From Folioceros fuciformis (lineage: Eukaryota), in the NCBI GenBank assembly GCA_049999805.1, contig JBNGIO010006264.1:116085-159967 (forward strand): DNA of 43,883 nucleotides, written 5' to 3'. Numbering within the stretch: position 1 is the stretch's first letter; the number at the start of each line of letters is the position of its first letter. The translations under genes were made by a program, and so were the position numbers. The notes under the pieces are model-generated. The model was not told the origin of the DNA. It made no database searches and saw only the letters and a list, made by a program, of their open reading frames with translations. Below are positions 1 through 12,427 of this stretch, one piece after another.

Positions 1-70
1 CCACCAGGAATTGCAGCCTCTCAAAGACCCACAACGCCGAAGCCCACGAAGCACGGAATCCCGCACGGAC

Positions 71-141
71 CAGATGTACTCCGCGATGATTTTCCCGGAG
101 TCGCTGATATCCAGCTTGAGCAGATCGTTGAGGAGCGACAT
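71..141 (-). CDS. GLN1: Glutamine synthetase, cytosolic GS1 type, exon 1 only; the gene continues off the left edge
   Basis: The reverse strand reads ATG TCG CTC CTC AAC... = MSLLNDLLKLDISDSGKIIAEYI(W), followed by a GT donor at 70-69. This matches the plant GS1 N-terminus (MSLLxDLxxL...KIIAEYIW) and its usual first-intron position. No transit peptide. Not in the ORF track. Confidence 0.92.
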
Positions 142-356
142 TGTGGCGTTCTCTACCGCACCGGACCGCGCCGCTCTGCAAGCGCGAGCTCGGGGCCGAG
201 AGCCACGCGCAGCGCAGACGCAGCGAGGGCGGAGAGACGCAAGGGCAGAGCGAGGAGCAAGCAGCTGGGTGGGCACAGAGTGACGAGAGGCACCGCGGGC
301 AGCGCAGAAGAAGGGCAGCGACTTCAACACTGCTGAAACGCACTGGAGCGCGGCGA

Positions 357-365
357 AATATATAG
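357..365 (-). promoter_or_regulatory. Putative TATA box of GLN1
   Basis: CTATATATT on the minus strand, ~220 bp upstream of the GS ATG, followed by a pyrimidine-rich leader. Confidence 0.5.
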
Positions 366-2889
366 CCAGCCCCAAATCACTGGCTTGCTATACCAGCTCC
401 ATATCACTGAGTGTCTAAGCTGGCCCCAAAGTACTTACTAGCTAAACGTCAGGTTCTCGCTTTTATTCCCTCAGCCAAATCGATGTTCGCCACCGACTTA
501 ACTTACCAGCCGGTCGGTAAAGTCAGACGAAGACATCCCATTAGNNNNNNNNNNNNNNNNNNNNNNNNNNNNNNNNNNNNNNNNNNNNNNNNNNNNNNNN
601 NNNNNNNNNNNNNNNNNNNNNNNNNNNNNNNNNNNNNNNNNNNNGCCCCAGCCGACGCCCACGCCGACGCCGAAGCAATACGGAAAGGCGGTAGAGTGAG
701 AGCAGTTTCGCCACCGTCCCGATTCGCCCCGGAGAGCCGGCCTCATCTGTCGCCTCTCTTCGTGCCCGCAGATTCCCCTCGCCTTCTTCCTCGCACGACC
801 TCCACAACTCTCTCTCCAACAAGAAAACGCAACGCGTCTCGGGGCCGCGACTCGCCAGACGTTTGTTTTTGCATACATGTTTAACTCGTCATCAGCTGAC
901 AAATCGGGTTAAGCGACGATGCAGTGGCCATGATGCAGAGGACTTGTGACCTGCCGTAGTTGTCATGTGTCGGGTCTGCGGTCCGCTGAAGTAGTCGCAG
1001 CAGGCTGCAGCTGCAGCAGTCTATTCATTGCACTGCTCTGTGCCAGACGAGACATCGTCCAACCTGGCAGTGGAGGCAAGTCTTTGGGAGGTCAATCAAC
1101 CGGGTCTTGTGCGATTTGGGTCTGAGAGAGAGACTGTTTCTGATAATTTTATGGAGTTGCGTATGCCATGTTTGGATTTACCAAAAATTACACAAGTGCA
1201 AAGGACTGGTGCACCGAGAGCATGGCAATCACGCTTCGAGAGCGACTTGGACAACCACCCACCTTGTGAGCCAGAGGCCGGGCCTGTGAGGCTGCAATGT
1301 GAGCGAAGACTGACCTCTAATGGCCACACGCCAAATGGCCAAGGACAGGGGACGTACGACATGTGCTGACGACAGCCTGGCTGACGGATGGGGCCCATTT
1401 GGCATAAACAATGCTGCCTCGCAGACGTAAGAGGAGTCCAGAGTACGCATACGGGGACGATGGGGGTGATCTGCGGAAGAATGTTTACTGCTTGTGCTGG
1501 AAGTCTTACCCCTGGTGAGGTGAAACTCTGTGTGTGTTTGTCTCATCGTGTCCGTGGTGCGCCGCAGTGGTGGAAGCAAAGGCAAAGCGGGTAGGGTAGG
1601 GAAGAAAGGGTTGCCTGGCAGGAGACGGTTTTAGATATGGGAATTGGGAAATTCCGAAAGGTGTGGGTGCTAAAAGGTCAGGGAGAGGCAGTGTTCCAAT
1701 GGAACGCTGCCCTGAGTCGAGGGAGAAGCCTACAGCCTGGGAGTCGTTCCCACTATGTGGGTTGTAACGAAAAAAGGCGTCTCGAATGCTGCTATGACTG
1801 GGTGTGGGGGTCGATGGGACGTTGACTTGGGGTTTGGGGCCGAGCCAGTGGGGTGGTCGTGTGGCATGTATCCGGCGATCTCGGGAGCAACCATATCCAC
1901 AAGTTCCCTGGAGTTCCAACGTCGGTTTGAGAAGGTGGATGCCACTGTACTGCAGGGATGTACGACGGGGGGTGGACGGAGTGTTGAGATGTGATCGGAC
2001 ATGGCCATCGAGATCTGGGCAAGGTAATGTGGATGGATACCTATGCAGGAGATAAGACGAGGAGTTCGAGAGGTGAGACGGTCGTGGGAACCAATCAGGA
2101 GAGGCGGGGGAGGTGGGGCATGTTGTTGCTGTGGTTGTTGTGTTGTTGTTGCCTTGGTAGGTGATGTAGAATCTCCAATGCCGGCCTTGCTCGTAGCTTT
2201 GCAGTTGGATTAGGGTTTGGAGGCGGGGTTTCGTGGTGGCCTTGGGGTTTGCCTTGGGATCCTAGGGAAAGGGTCAAGGACGGATGTGGCGAGCCGGGGA
2301 GGCCGAGGAGGGCGTGGACGCCGAGCGGTGAGCCTGCATCGGCAACTTGGCGTGCTAAGGNNNNNNNNNNNNNNNNNNNNNNNNNNNNNNNNNNNNNNNN
2401 NNNNNNNNNNNNNNNNNNNNNNNNNNNNNNNNNNNNNNNNNNNNNNNNNNNNNNNNNNNNGTGCTAAGGCGTACAAAGAGGGGGGCAAGAGGGCGCCTGT
2501 AGCGGGGGCCCCCCGCAGTCCCTCGGCCCTATCGGCTACCGCCACTGTGGAGGCTTAGGCACTCACCACCCAGGCTGCACTCAACTCCTGCTAAACTGGC
2601 CTCCTCCAACTCCTAGTCTCGGGCAACTTGCCCTCTTCCACTGCCGACTGTCAGATTCACCATCACATGGTGGCGTTCTACCGGGAAGAAACGTTCCTTC
2701 TCGTGTTGGGTCACCACGCAAGTCGACCTTCAGGCAAGAGGACAGCGTTGACTCCGATGCTGGGAATGGCAAACAGGATCTGCTTTCTATGCTATCCGCA
2801 CCACGTCTATTCCTACATGCCTGTAAGTAGAGAAACTTGCGGCCTCGAACTTTCCTGCCTCGTCTACATTTTAGACAGCTGAGATCCGG

Positions 2890-2969
2890 CTCCTTCTCTA
2901 TCTTGTCTCATGCAGGATGTCATTGCTGCCTCCTTCTCTGGCTTGTCTCATTCTGGATGTCACTGCTGG
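2890..2969. repeat. Imperfect 40-bp tandem duplication
   Basis: ctccttctctatcttgtctcatgcaggatgtcattgctgc followed by ctccttctctggcttgtctcattctggatgtcactgctgg. Confidence 0.75.
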
Positions 2970-3901
2970 GTGGGGATAAGGTGACATGAGCCATCCGGCA
3001 TGGCCCGCCAGCGATATATGTGTATGACCTGTTGTGATATGTCAAGCCCTTTCTGCTTTTCTGCTATGTGAGCTTTTCCCCTGTTGTGCTACATGCCAGC
3101 TTTTCTTATTAGCTGCTAGAAAAGCCATTCGCCTGCCACGCCGTCTCCACGCCGATTCATTTCGTACAAACAAGAGGCACGTGAATTTGTGGTAGCAGGG
3201 TAAGGCGGGCCGCTTTCGCAACAGTGCGCTCCCCTCACTTACCAGGTATGCAACAAGCCCTTATGCTCTGCAACAGTCCTTCCGAGAATCCAGAATCTGT
3301 TCTTGCATCCAACCAAGACTGAGCCATTCACAGAGCTGTGTCTGAGCTCACAAGTAGCGCAATCAGACAAGACCCGCACTTCATAGTCAAGTGTGCCCGT
3401 CCGGCTCTAAGCTAGCGCTGATCAAGCTGATACTATCGCGGACGTAATCGTCTCGCCGTTGCGCACGGGGCATGACCACAGCGTCAAAGTATGGCATCAG
3501 CAGAATCTATGCTCAAGGTAGCCACAAACCCGCGTTCCCACAAACCGTTAGCTTTGAAAACTACACATCTTTACAAACCGGTGCTGAAAACTTCCCGATA
3601 CACTAGAGCCGATGATTCAAAGGCAAGTGAGCTGGCTAATCCGTGCACAGAAACGCAAGTGACCATTATCCCGCATTTTCGAAATTTTACGGTCAGGGTT
3701 GTGTCAAAAAATTCGTGACGCTTCAAATTGACTCCTTTTCACAAATGCAGAGACGAAACTCACGCAGGGTCGTGTCAACCGGCAAGTCACACCTACATAC
3801 TGTCACAACCACATACGTACTCTGCGCGGTAACACCTGCATGACAGGCCCCTTGACGCGGGCAGCAACACTCACTACTTCGGCTGGGCCCAAAAAATCAG
3901 G

Positions 3902-6900
3902 TCAACCTTGGTTCAGCAGCTGCCGCAGCACATAGTGCAGAATTCCACCATGCTCGAAGTATGTCAGCTCCACCTGCGTGTCGAACCGGAGCACGCAAGT
4001 GAAACTCTTGCCAGAATCGGTTTTCACCTCCACATCTTGGCCAGGAGTGATTTCCGAGATGCTGCTGGGCAGGTCAATGGTAAACCGCTCACGCCCAGTC
4101 AGACCCAAACTGTCTGCGTCCTGTTTGGGCTTGAAACAGAGGGGAATGATGCCCATTCCCACCAAGTTGCTGCGATGGATGCGCTCGAAACTCTTGGCAA
4201 TGACAGCTTTCACCCCCTAACAGCCGACAAATAAAACAACCCTTTTATTTACAAAGCAACGTTTAGCTACGAAGTTTCAAATTTGAAAATTGACCACAAA
4301 TACAGACCTGAAGGTACGGGCCTTTGGCAGCCCAATCCCGTGAACTGCCACTCCCATATTCAGACCCCGCAAGAATGACGGTATCATGGCCCTCATCCTT
4401 GTATCTCTGCACCGCCACAGAAGAATGAGATGGAGCGAGACAAGGATCAACAGAGGCCACCCAGAAGTTCAGGTTTAGCAACAGCACTTACCATCGCAGC
4501 GTCGTAAATAAACATTTTCTCCCCAGAGGGGATATGGATGGTCTTTGGCCCAACCTCCCCTTTCAAAAACTTATTGACGATCCGAATGTTAGCAAAAGTT
4601 CCCCGAGCCATAATCTCATCATTTCCACGTCGACTTCCATAAGAATTAAAGTCTTTCCGTTCCACGCCATGTTCATTCAAGAACTTAGCTGCAGGGCTGT
4701 CCTTGTGGATATTCCCTGCTGGTGATATGTGATCAGTAGTGATGCTGTCTCCAAAATTGAGGAGGACATACGCGTCCTTCACACCATGAATGCCAGGGGG
4801 AGTCTTTGACATGGATTTGAAGAAGGGCGGCTCGTGTACGTAAGTGGAAGCAGGATCCCACTCATACAAAGCCCCCTCGGGAGCACTCAACGAGTTCCAC
4901 ATGGCATTCCCCTCCGTTATCGCCTGGTATGTCTCCTTGAACATCTCCGGAAGAACAGAACTCTGCACAACCTGTAGCACCACCCGAAGCGTTCTCAGCA
5001 AGGCCGACAAATTGAACGGGGATAATCCACCATCACACGGCAACGTCCACAGTGAAAAGAATTCTCATGTCAAGCAATACCTTATCGACCTCAGCAGTGG
5101 TCGGCCAGATATCCTTCAAAAAAACATTCTTTCCTCCCTTTCCAACACCAATTGGTTCAGTCTTGAAATCAATATCAACCTGCATTTCACAAGCATGACC
5201 ACCCATCATCACCTGGGTACAGCCTCAAGTCAAGCCAGAAACGTGCATCTTGCAAACACCGACGAACTTGCTTACCGTGCCAGCGAAGGCATATGCGACC
5301 ACCAGGGGTGGAGATGCCAGATAATTTGCACGTGTCAGAGGATGCACACGGCCCTCAAAATTCCGGTTTCCAGATAAGACAGCTCCAGCAACAATGTCTG
5401 CGCTTCAGTTCGCCAGATCAACAAAATTAGCTGACAAGTATCCACTCCAAAATCCACAGAAACTGCCACTGGCTGAGCTGAAGTTACACACCATTGTCAG
5501 CAATGGCTGATGACACTGATTCGTGGAGCTCTCCTGAGTTACCAATGCATGTCGTGCAGCCATATCCTACAAGGCTGAAGCCCTGCTTATCCAAGTACTC
5601 ATTCAACCCACTGGGAACACAAGCGCCGACAGTGAGTGTGGTGAGCACATACATACAAAACATTTTTCACAAAAAGGTTCACAGATACTGGTTCTTGGTA
5701 GCTGACAGGCATACTCCACCTTTTTTCAAGATATTTGGTCACAACACCCGACCCAGGAGCCAAACTGGTTTTTATCCACGGCTTCACCTGCAGATGTCCC
5801 CAGAAACACAACCATGAGTACAAGATGCAGAAGCTTTATTGAACCAATTCCAATGTTCTCGGGTGACAGCCTCTTCTCACCTCCAAACCCAAATCCGTTG
5901 CCTTCTTGGCAACAAGGCCAGCCCCAAGCATGACATAGGGGTTAGATGTATTGGTGCAGCTCGTGATGGCAGCAATCACTACATCCCCATGCCTCATTTC
6001 CGCTTCTTGGCCATCAAAATCAAATTTTGCAACCTTCCCCTGATCCTTCTTGGGAATCGCAAAACCCTGATAGGGAGCAACCAAATCAAAGACGCATCAT
6101 CAACAACGACCTGGATGTCATATCGGGTTAAAAAACAGCTGAAGACCAAAAAGTTTGACAAACCACCACCAATTGCGAGACATTACCTTGAATCCAACTT
6201 TGTTATCAAGACAGGCATGCCAATCTTTTTTCATATCCGCAAGGGTCACCCGATCATGGGGTCTGCATCACCTACCCGAGCTTAATGAGACAAGCAAAAA
6301 AGTAAAGAACACAGGATAACATGCAAAGCAGGGAAACTCTGCAAGACCACTTACAGCCTAGAAGTGCATTCTTAGAATAGGCATTACCGTTTGGGGCCAG
6401 AAACACATGGCTCAACTGTGGCCAGGTCAAGTTCCAAGTACGAGGAATAAACTTTGTCTGTCTGGGGCTGCACGCCATGGACAAACGGACTTGAATTACA
6501 ACAAACAAAACCTTCATCCATGCTCGCAGCTACAAAACGTGACTAATCACTGACACGGGCACACTCACCTCATCATAATCAATGAAAAGATTGTTGGCAC
6601 GAAGGTAGGCCTCAATCAGTGCCACCTAAAAGAGTTTCAACCGACAAGTGCTCTAGTTAAAAAAAAGCCTTACGAGCAAGTATATAGAATTAGCAATAAA
6701 GGAGCGAACACAGAGATCTTGACAGTACCTTATCCTTTGACCGCCCAGTCATCGTCAGGTACTGAAGAGTCACGTGATCTACAGGAAAGAATCCCATCGT
6801 CGCCCCATACTCTGGGGACATGTTTGCAATTGTTGCTCTGTCAGCAAGAGACAACTCTGCCATTCCCTTACCTGTGCACAAGCAATTAAAGAGGTCAAAA

Positions 6901-8700
6901 TAATTTAGCAGTTCACTTACGCGGTGACACACCGAAGACCGGGTGACAGAAATGGTTGCACGATGACACCTTACCATAAAATTCGACGAACTTGCCTACA
7001 ACCCCATGCTTCCTCAGTATCTGGGTAACAGTCAACACCAAATCGGTGGCCGTCACTCCAGTCTTGAGCTTGCCTGTCAACTTGAACCCAACAACCCCCG
7101 GGAGCACCATACTCATGGGCTGCCAGCACCACCAACACACAAATCAGCAATTAGAAATTCGACTCCTCCAAGCGAGTAAGCTGCAACACACCAGTATCGT
7201 AGCCGGGCAGGGTTTCACAGGAACCTAAGCGCACCTGACCAAGCATGGCTGCTTCAGCTTCAATGCCACCCACTCCCCATCCAGCGACTCCCAAACCATC
7301 GATCATAGTAGTATGAGAATCGGTGCCAACCAGACTGTCCGGATAAAGATACCCTTTCCGGTCGAAAACAACCCGTGCGAGATACTCCAGATTGACCTGC
7401 ATCGCCAGAAATGATTCAATCCAGTCCATAACGCTGCAAGGCAGCCAGAAGAATGTACTCGGATATCGCTGACGGTAGATACGGGCTTACCTGATGCACG
7501 ATTCCCGAGCCAGGGGGCACCACCAACATGTTCTCGAACGCCGAAGCGCCCCATTTCAAAAACGCAAACCTTTCCCTATTCCTCTCAAACTCCAGCTCCA
7601 TGTTCGACTGCAGCGCATTTGAAGTCCGCGCAACATCAACCTGAACCGAGTGATCTATCACAAGATCTACAGGCACCTGAAACCACACGACCTAGCGTGA
7701 GCCAAGCAACGCCGGGCAAATTGCGCACAGAATCGGCCATGAGAAGCACCCCCAACCTACCAGGGGATTGATGACTTTGGGGTCCCCGCCAAGCCGCTTG
7801 ATGGCATCCCGCATGGCTGCCAAATCGACCACCGCCGGCACTCCGGTGAAATCCTGCAAGAAAAGAGCAGACCCCATCACACGCACGTCCCTCCCTGCTC
7901 CGCAACCAGAAGTCATCCAAGCAAGACAGCGTACCTGCAAGATGACCCTCGCGGGCTTGAAGGCGATCTCGACCTGTTTGGGAGAGGTGTTCTCCCAGTC
8001 TATGATCTTCTCGACATCATCCTTGGTGACCTGGAAATTGTCACAATTGCGGATGCAAGACTCCAACAAGATCCGAATCGAGTAGGGCAGCTTGTCTGCA
8101 TCCCCCGAGGCACACAAATCAGCCTAAGATCTCCACTCCTGGACACACCTACCCAGATCCAGCACACACCACTCACCAACTCTGGGATCGTCTAGCGCGG
8201 GCAAGCTGAAGAACTTGCCGTAGCTCCCACCCCCCTCCTTGGGGAGGGTCTTCACCAAATTCTGGAACGGGTTCTCCGACCCTGCACCAAACACCGCCAT
8301 GAGGCGCCGCGACACCCGACACACCATCGCACCCGCGAGCAAACAAGGATCCAGGCCACGCCAGGCCTGGCCAAGCCGGCATTCAACAGGACACAACACA
8401 ACACACTACACCACACCAAACCAACACACCCATGCTGAGCCGTCGGATGTGCGGGATTTGCAGCAGCACCGCGGCCTTGGGCACGCCTGCGAGCGCGCAC
8501 GAGGCCCTGGGCCAGGCGAGCACCGCCCCCCGCACGCACAAGGAGGATGCGGGGCGGGCGACGGAGAAGAGGGAGAAACGAGGGGCGCGCGTGAGCGGCG
8601 AGCCTTGCACCGAGAAGGCAGCTTGCATTAGCTCACGGACGCCGCGAGAGGAAGAGGCGAGACGGAAGCGTGCAGCACTCGCCACTGCTGCAGGAATCAT
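3902..8700 (-). CDS. ACO: Aconitate hydratase (IRP-like plant aconitase), 19 exons, ~988 aa with an N-terminal transit-like extension
   Basis: Phase-consistent GT-AG exons: 8700-8430, 8281-8177, 8095-7935, 7853-7761, 7676-7491, 7396-7235, 7119-6975, 6871-6729, 6625-6569, 6467-6388, 6262-6187, 6066-5881, 5787-5720, 5610-5492, 5397-5276, 5179-5081, 4971-4492, 4406-4308, 4216-3902. Motifs: [83 protein letters not shown]. Confidence 0.97.
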
Positions 8701-10560
8701 CCTCTCCTTCTGCAGTAGCAGATTTTGTGTCGATCATGAGCCCCGGCTTCTCCCGCTGCTCTTCCGCTTCTCCCGTCCGTCCCCACCGCCTTCTGCTGCC
8801 CTTCCCACTTCCGCGCCCTCCGCGCGCTGCCAGCGATGGATGCCTCGCGGAACTGCCGCTTCCCTTTCCCCGCAGATCTGTCTGCGTTGCGTGATCACCG
8901 TGCCTGCTCTCGCTCACTAGTTATGCGATGAATTATATCGCACAATGCTAGAAAATAAGCAACACGAAAACAGGTTTGTATGTCCGGCTCACACAATCAC
9001 ACATTTTGACCTAATGGAAGCAATGCTGCTCCATTTACACAGCATCTATCTACTTTCACATTCTTATCGACAAGCTGAGCTCACTTTCTTCTTTCTCGCG
9101 AAGGGCTGGCCAGCAACAGCATTCCAGTCTTCCAGGGACTGTTCGGCAAGGCCGTCTCGCCTCTCCGGTCTGGTATGGCGAGACATTCCGGTGAAAGAGG
9201 AGGAGAGCGTGCGTCCCACGCGTTCAGTCCGCAGTCCGGGCCCCCATCCCGGCACCTCCTTCGGCCCAAGCTTCACTTGTCTGCTGCAACTGGACTTGGA
9301 AATGTCGCGGAAGGCGGAGTCTCGAGACACTGACTCCGATGCGACGGGATAACTTGATTTTCTCTCCTTCTTGGAAGGGAGAAGAATCTTGTTTTAGTTG
9401 GCTAACAACAGATGACGGCTATCCTGCAGATACTTCCCGTACCCCCGCTGGTTAGGTAGGTCCGTTCTGACGCTTTTAGGTGCGGTGCCTTGCCCATCCC
9501 TCGACACGTTTCGGGGCACACGCGTCTCAGATTCTCTCGTGTCCTTGCCTGCACCGCGGGAGTATGGGGCAGAACCTCTTCTTGTCTCGTCATCACTTGT
9601 CCCTACAGCAACTGGATGTGAGTACCCAACACAAGACACAAAGACTGTAGAAACCAGTACTGGTAAAGTGAAATAATAATAAGACAAGCCAGCTAGTGAA
9701 GTATGAGATTGGCCGTCTCACAGAAGTAGAAGAAAATTGAGCCATGGTGTGTCTACTAAGATGCAAAAGCATAGTCATGGACCAAGACTACAAGACTCTA
9801 GTCGAAACCAACACTTTTGAGGATGAAAAGTTAACAACATGCTCAAAGTAACAATAATTTTGAACAAAAAAAGTTAAATCAATAATAAGAATTTTATATA
9901 CAATTATTTTCTATTATTGAAAAAGAAAAAGAAATTCTCATCTACTCCAAAGATTGGAGGACCACCCGAGCATAGCCTATGGCCCAAAGGGTACTAGCCC
10001 CTTCAAAAATTATTCTCAAAAATTACCTGTTACAACTCAAAATGTCATAATGTAGAATGACGAGAGGCCTACTTACCACAAATGCCGAAGAAGCCGCTTG
10101 GCTTGCACTTATTGCTGTTCTAAAGAACGCGTTAACCAATCCTCTTTGCAAAGCAATGGATATCTGTCGATGAAAGAAGGCCACCACCAAGGAAGGGAGA
10201 GAACACCATTCCTATTACTATGATAAACCTTTGTGCACTCCTTGATGACCCTTTAAAAAAACCTTGTCCACGAGCAAGCAAGGGATGAAAATATGCCCAC
10301 CTTACAAGAGATGAAAATATGCCCACCTTACAAGAGAGAATGTTATGGACTAAAGTGCTTGCAAAACCCGCCTTAGCCCATCCAAAGGTTGAATCTCTGT
10401 TAGGATCTGTAACAACTACATCAACGACACAAACTTGTTGCCCCCTAGTGAAAAAAAAGGTCAACTCTAAGTGAAACCTCGTAGTGCAAAGTATATAGAC
10501 GCTCCCTATACAAAAGAAACTCACACTCCTTAGCCATTGAGAACATAACGTCTTGAATGG

Positions 10561-10636
10561 CATGACGGGTGGCAACGCAATGAACGGCATGACGGGTGGC
10601 AACACAATGAACAGCATCATGGGTGGCACCACAATG
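10561..10636. repeat. 27-bp tandem repeat (~3 copies) inside the retroelement
   Basis: catgacgggtggcaacgcaatgaacgg / catgacgggtggcaacacaatgaacag / catcatgggtggcaccacaatg; encodes HCVATRHAV repeats on the minus strand. Confidence 0.85.
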
Positions 10637-11260
10637 CCCCCAACAGAGACAACGTGCTAGATAAGAAGGACCTCCTGTTATCGACAATGGCAATCCTCCA
10701 ACTGCATATAGAGAGAGGAAAAGGCAAAGGGCGGGCTAAACCTAAGCAAAATCTTAGTGCGGTGGAGAAAGTTGCTGGTGTGATTCGAAACGCATAGATG
10801 CAAGGTTGAGCCAAAAACCAAAGAGCCTGCCCCTTTATCTAAACAAAAGCGAATACGAGCTCGAGAAGACCTAGAGATGGATGAGTCGAAAGAAGAACTC
10901 TTAATGCTTGGCCATATTGCTTTTCCAGTAGGGAGGCCTGAAGACCCTTCAACCCTTCCCTCAAAAAGGAGGTAGAGCCTTATGAGTCTCCAAAGGTAAA
11001 GAGTTCCTCACTTGCTCAAGAGAAACCTGTAAAGAGAAAACGCCCTCCTCAACACCTAAGATAAAATCTTCAAGAAGAAGGAAATCTTGCAGCAAAAATG
11101 AGAGGCCAAAATTGGAGTTGAAAGGCCCAACTACCGAGAAAGGCAACTAGGGTAGAGACCTTCATAGCCAAAAGGCCAAACCCCCCAAAGGGAACCGACA
11201 AGGAAGCCTGTTTTTGAGCCAAATCACTAAGGGCACACTCAAAGATGCCAGAACCCATGT

Positions 11261-11472
11261 CTCCAAGAGCCGACATAACCCACACTACAACAATGATAGA
11301 TGTTGTTATGGGATGTGAGATAGGTTATTGGAATGAGCTAAGTAATTTATTGGAGTCTTGCATGTACTCCAAGAGCCGACATAACCCACACTACAACAAT
11401 AATAGATGTTGTTATGGGATGTGAGATAGGTTATTGGAATGAGCTAAGTAATCTATTGGAGTCTTGCATGTA
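11261..11472. repeat. 106-bp near-perfect tandem duplication
   Basis: ctccaagagccgacataacccacactac...ggagtcttgcatgta occurs at 11261 and 11367 with ~2 mismatches. Confidence 0.9.
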
Positions 11473-12172
11473 TTCTATTAGTATCCACAAGTTAGGACTA
11501 GAGATATCTATATACTAATAGGCCCTTGACTGTATTTGATCCTACATCCATAGGTAAGGTTGAAAAGGATAAAACCAATCTATATGCTCTTACTCTCCAG
11601 GGTGAGGACATCTTCAGTCTAAGAAGGTATGCTTCCTTATTGCATAGTGGTAGTGAACAATACATACTTCCAATGTGGGACATGTCTCTAACAGCAAGCT
11701 ATGTAGAGTTGAGGGGATCTTGTGAGTAGACTATGCCCTGAGGTTTGTATGCCCTAACCCTCTATGCATGAGAGCATTCCAGGTCCAAGAAGGTTGAAAA
11801 GGGCTAGGGATTGTTTGTATGCCCTAACGCACTATGTGTGAGGGCATCCCAGTCTAAGAAGGTTTGCTTCCTTATTTTGTAAAGTGGTAGTTAACAATAC
11901 TTACTTACAACATCATTAAGCAAAGTGGTTATGATCTCTTGATTAGTTTCATAGTCCAAGGTTGAAGCACTCGATCTAAAACATTGGAGTAGGCTGGACT
12001 GGACTGAAAGACTATGATAGCTTTTTAAGAGGGCCCCATAGCGCTGAACCTGTAGTTGATAGCGATAGCCTCCGGGGCTCTCAAATAGGACAACTAATCA
12101 GCTTTATTTCATTTTAACGTTCCATCCTGTTTGGTCCGCGCACGCTGCGGGAGCAGTGGGCAAGGGAAGGCG

Positions 12173-12427
12173 ATGGCGCCAGTGAAGGTGAAGGTGCTGC
12201 TTTTCGCCAAGGCGCGCGAGCTGGCGGGGATAGCGGAGCTGGAGATGGAGGTGGAGCTGGGGGAAACGACGGACATGTGTGCAGCGCGGGTGGTGAGGCA
12301 GTTTCCCTCTTTGCAGTTGGTACGAGAAGGGATGGTGCTGGCGCTCAACCTTGACTACGTGGATGATCCCGTGGTGCTCAAGGACGGGGATGAGCTAGCC
12401 TTCATTCCTCCCATCAGCGGCGGCTGA
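12173..12427 (+). CDS. CNX7: Molybdopterin synthase sulfur-carrier (small) subunit, MoaD/MOCS2A family, 84 aa, intronless
   Basis: MAPVKVKVLLFAKARELAG...LALNLDYV...LKDGDELAFIPPISGG; ubiquitin-like ThiS/MoaD signature with a terminal GG. Confidence 0.95.
   Translation: MAPVKVKVLLFAKARELAGIAELEMEVELGETTDMCAARVVRQFPSLQLVREGMVLALNLDYVDDPVVLKDGDELAFIPPISGG

Larger units (their letters stand above)
10000..11800 (-). mobile_element. Degenerate non-LTR retrotransposon remnant with an RLE-type C-terminus (CRE-like); boundaries approximate
   Basis: Broken minus-strand frames give LAQKQASLSVPFGGFGL...VAFLGSWA (post-RT GGLGL motif), FSTALRFCLGL, (H)C..THDA/RHAIQDV (CCHC region) and RVDLFF..GQQVCVVDVVVTDP (PD-(D/E)xK-like nuclease). 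Many stops and frameshifts; AT-richer than the flanking genes. Confidence 0.65.

Noticed and set aside
545..644. ORFs spanning the N runs (also 2361-2460 and 36636-36735)
   Set aside because: Fixed 100-N scaffold placeholders; frames across them are not meaningful.
3183..3250. AATTTGTGG Sm-site-like motif followed by a GC-rich stretch, resembling a U1 snRNA 3' end
   Set aside because: No ATACTTACCTGG 5' end or U1 stem-loops at the expected distance upstream, and the 3' hairpin is poor.
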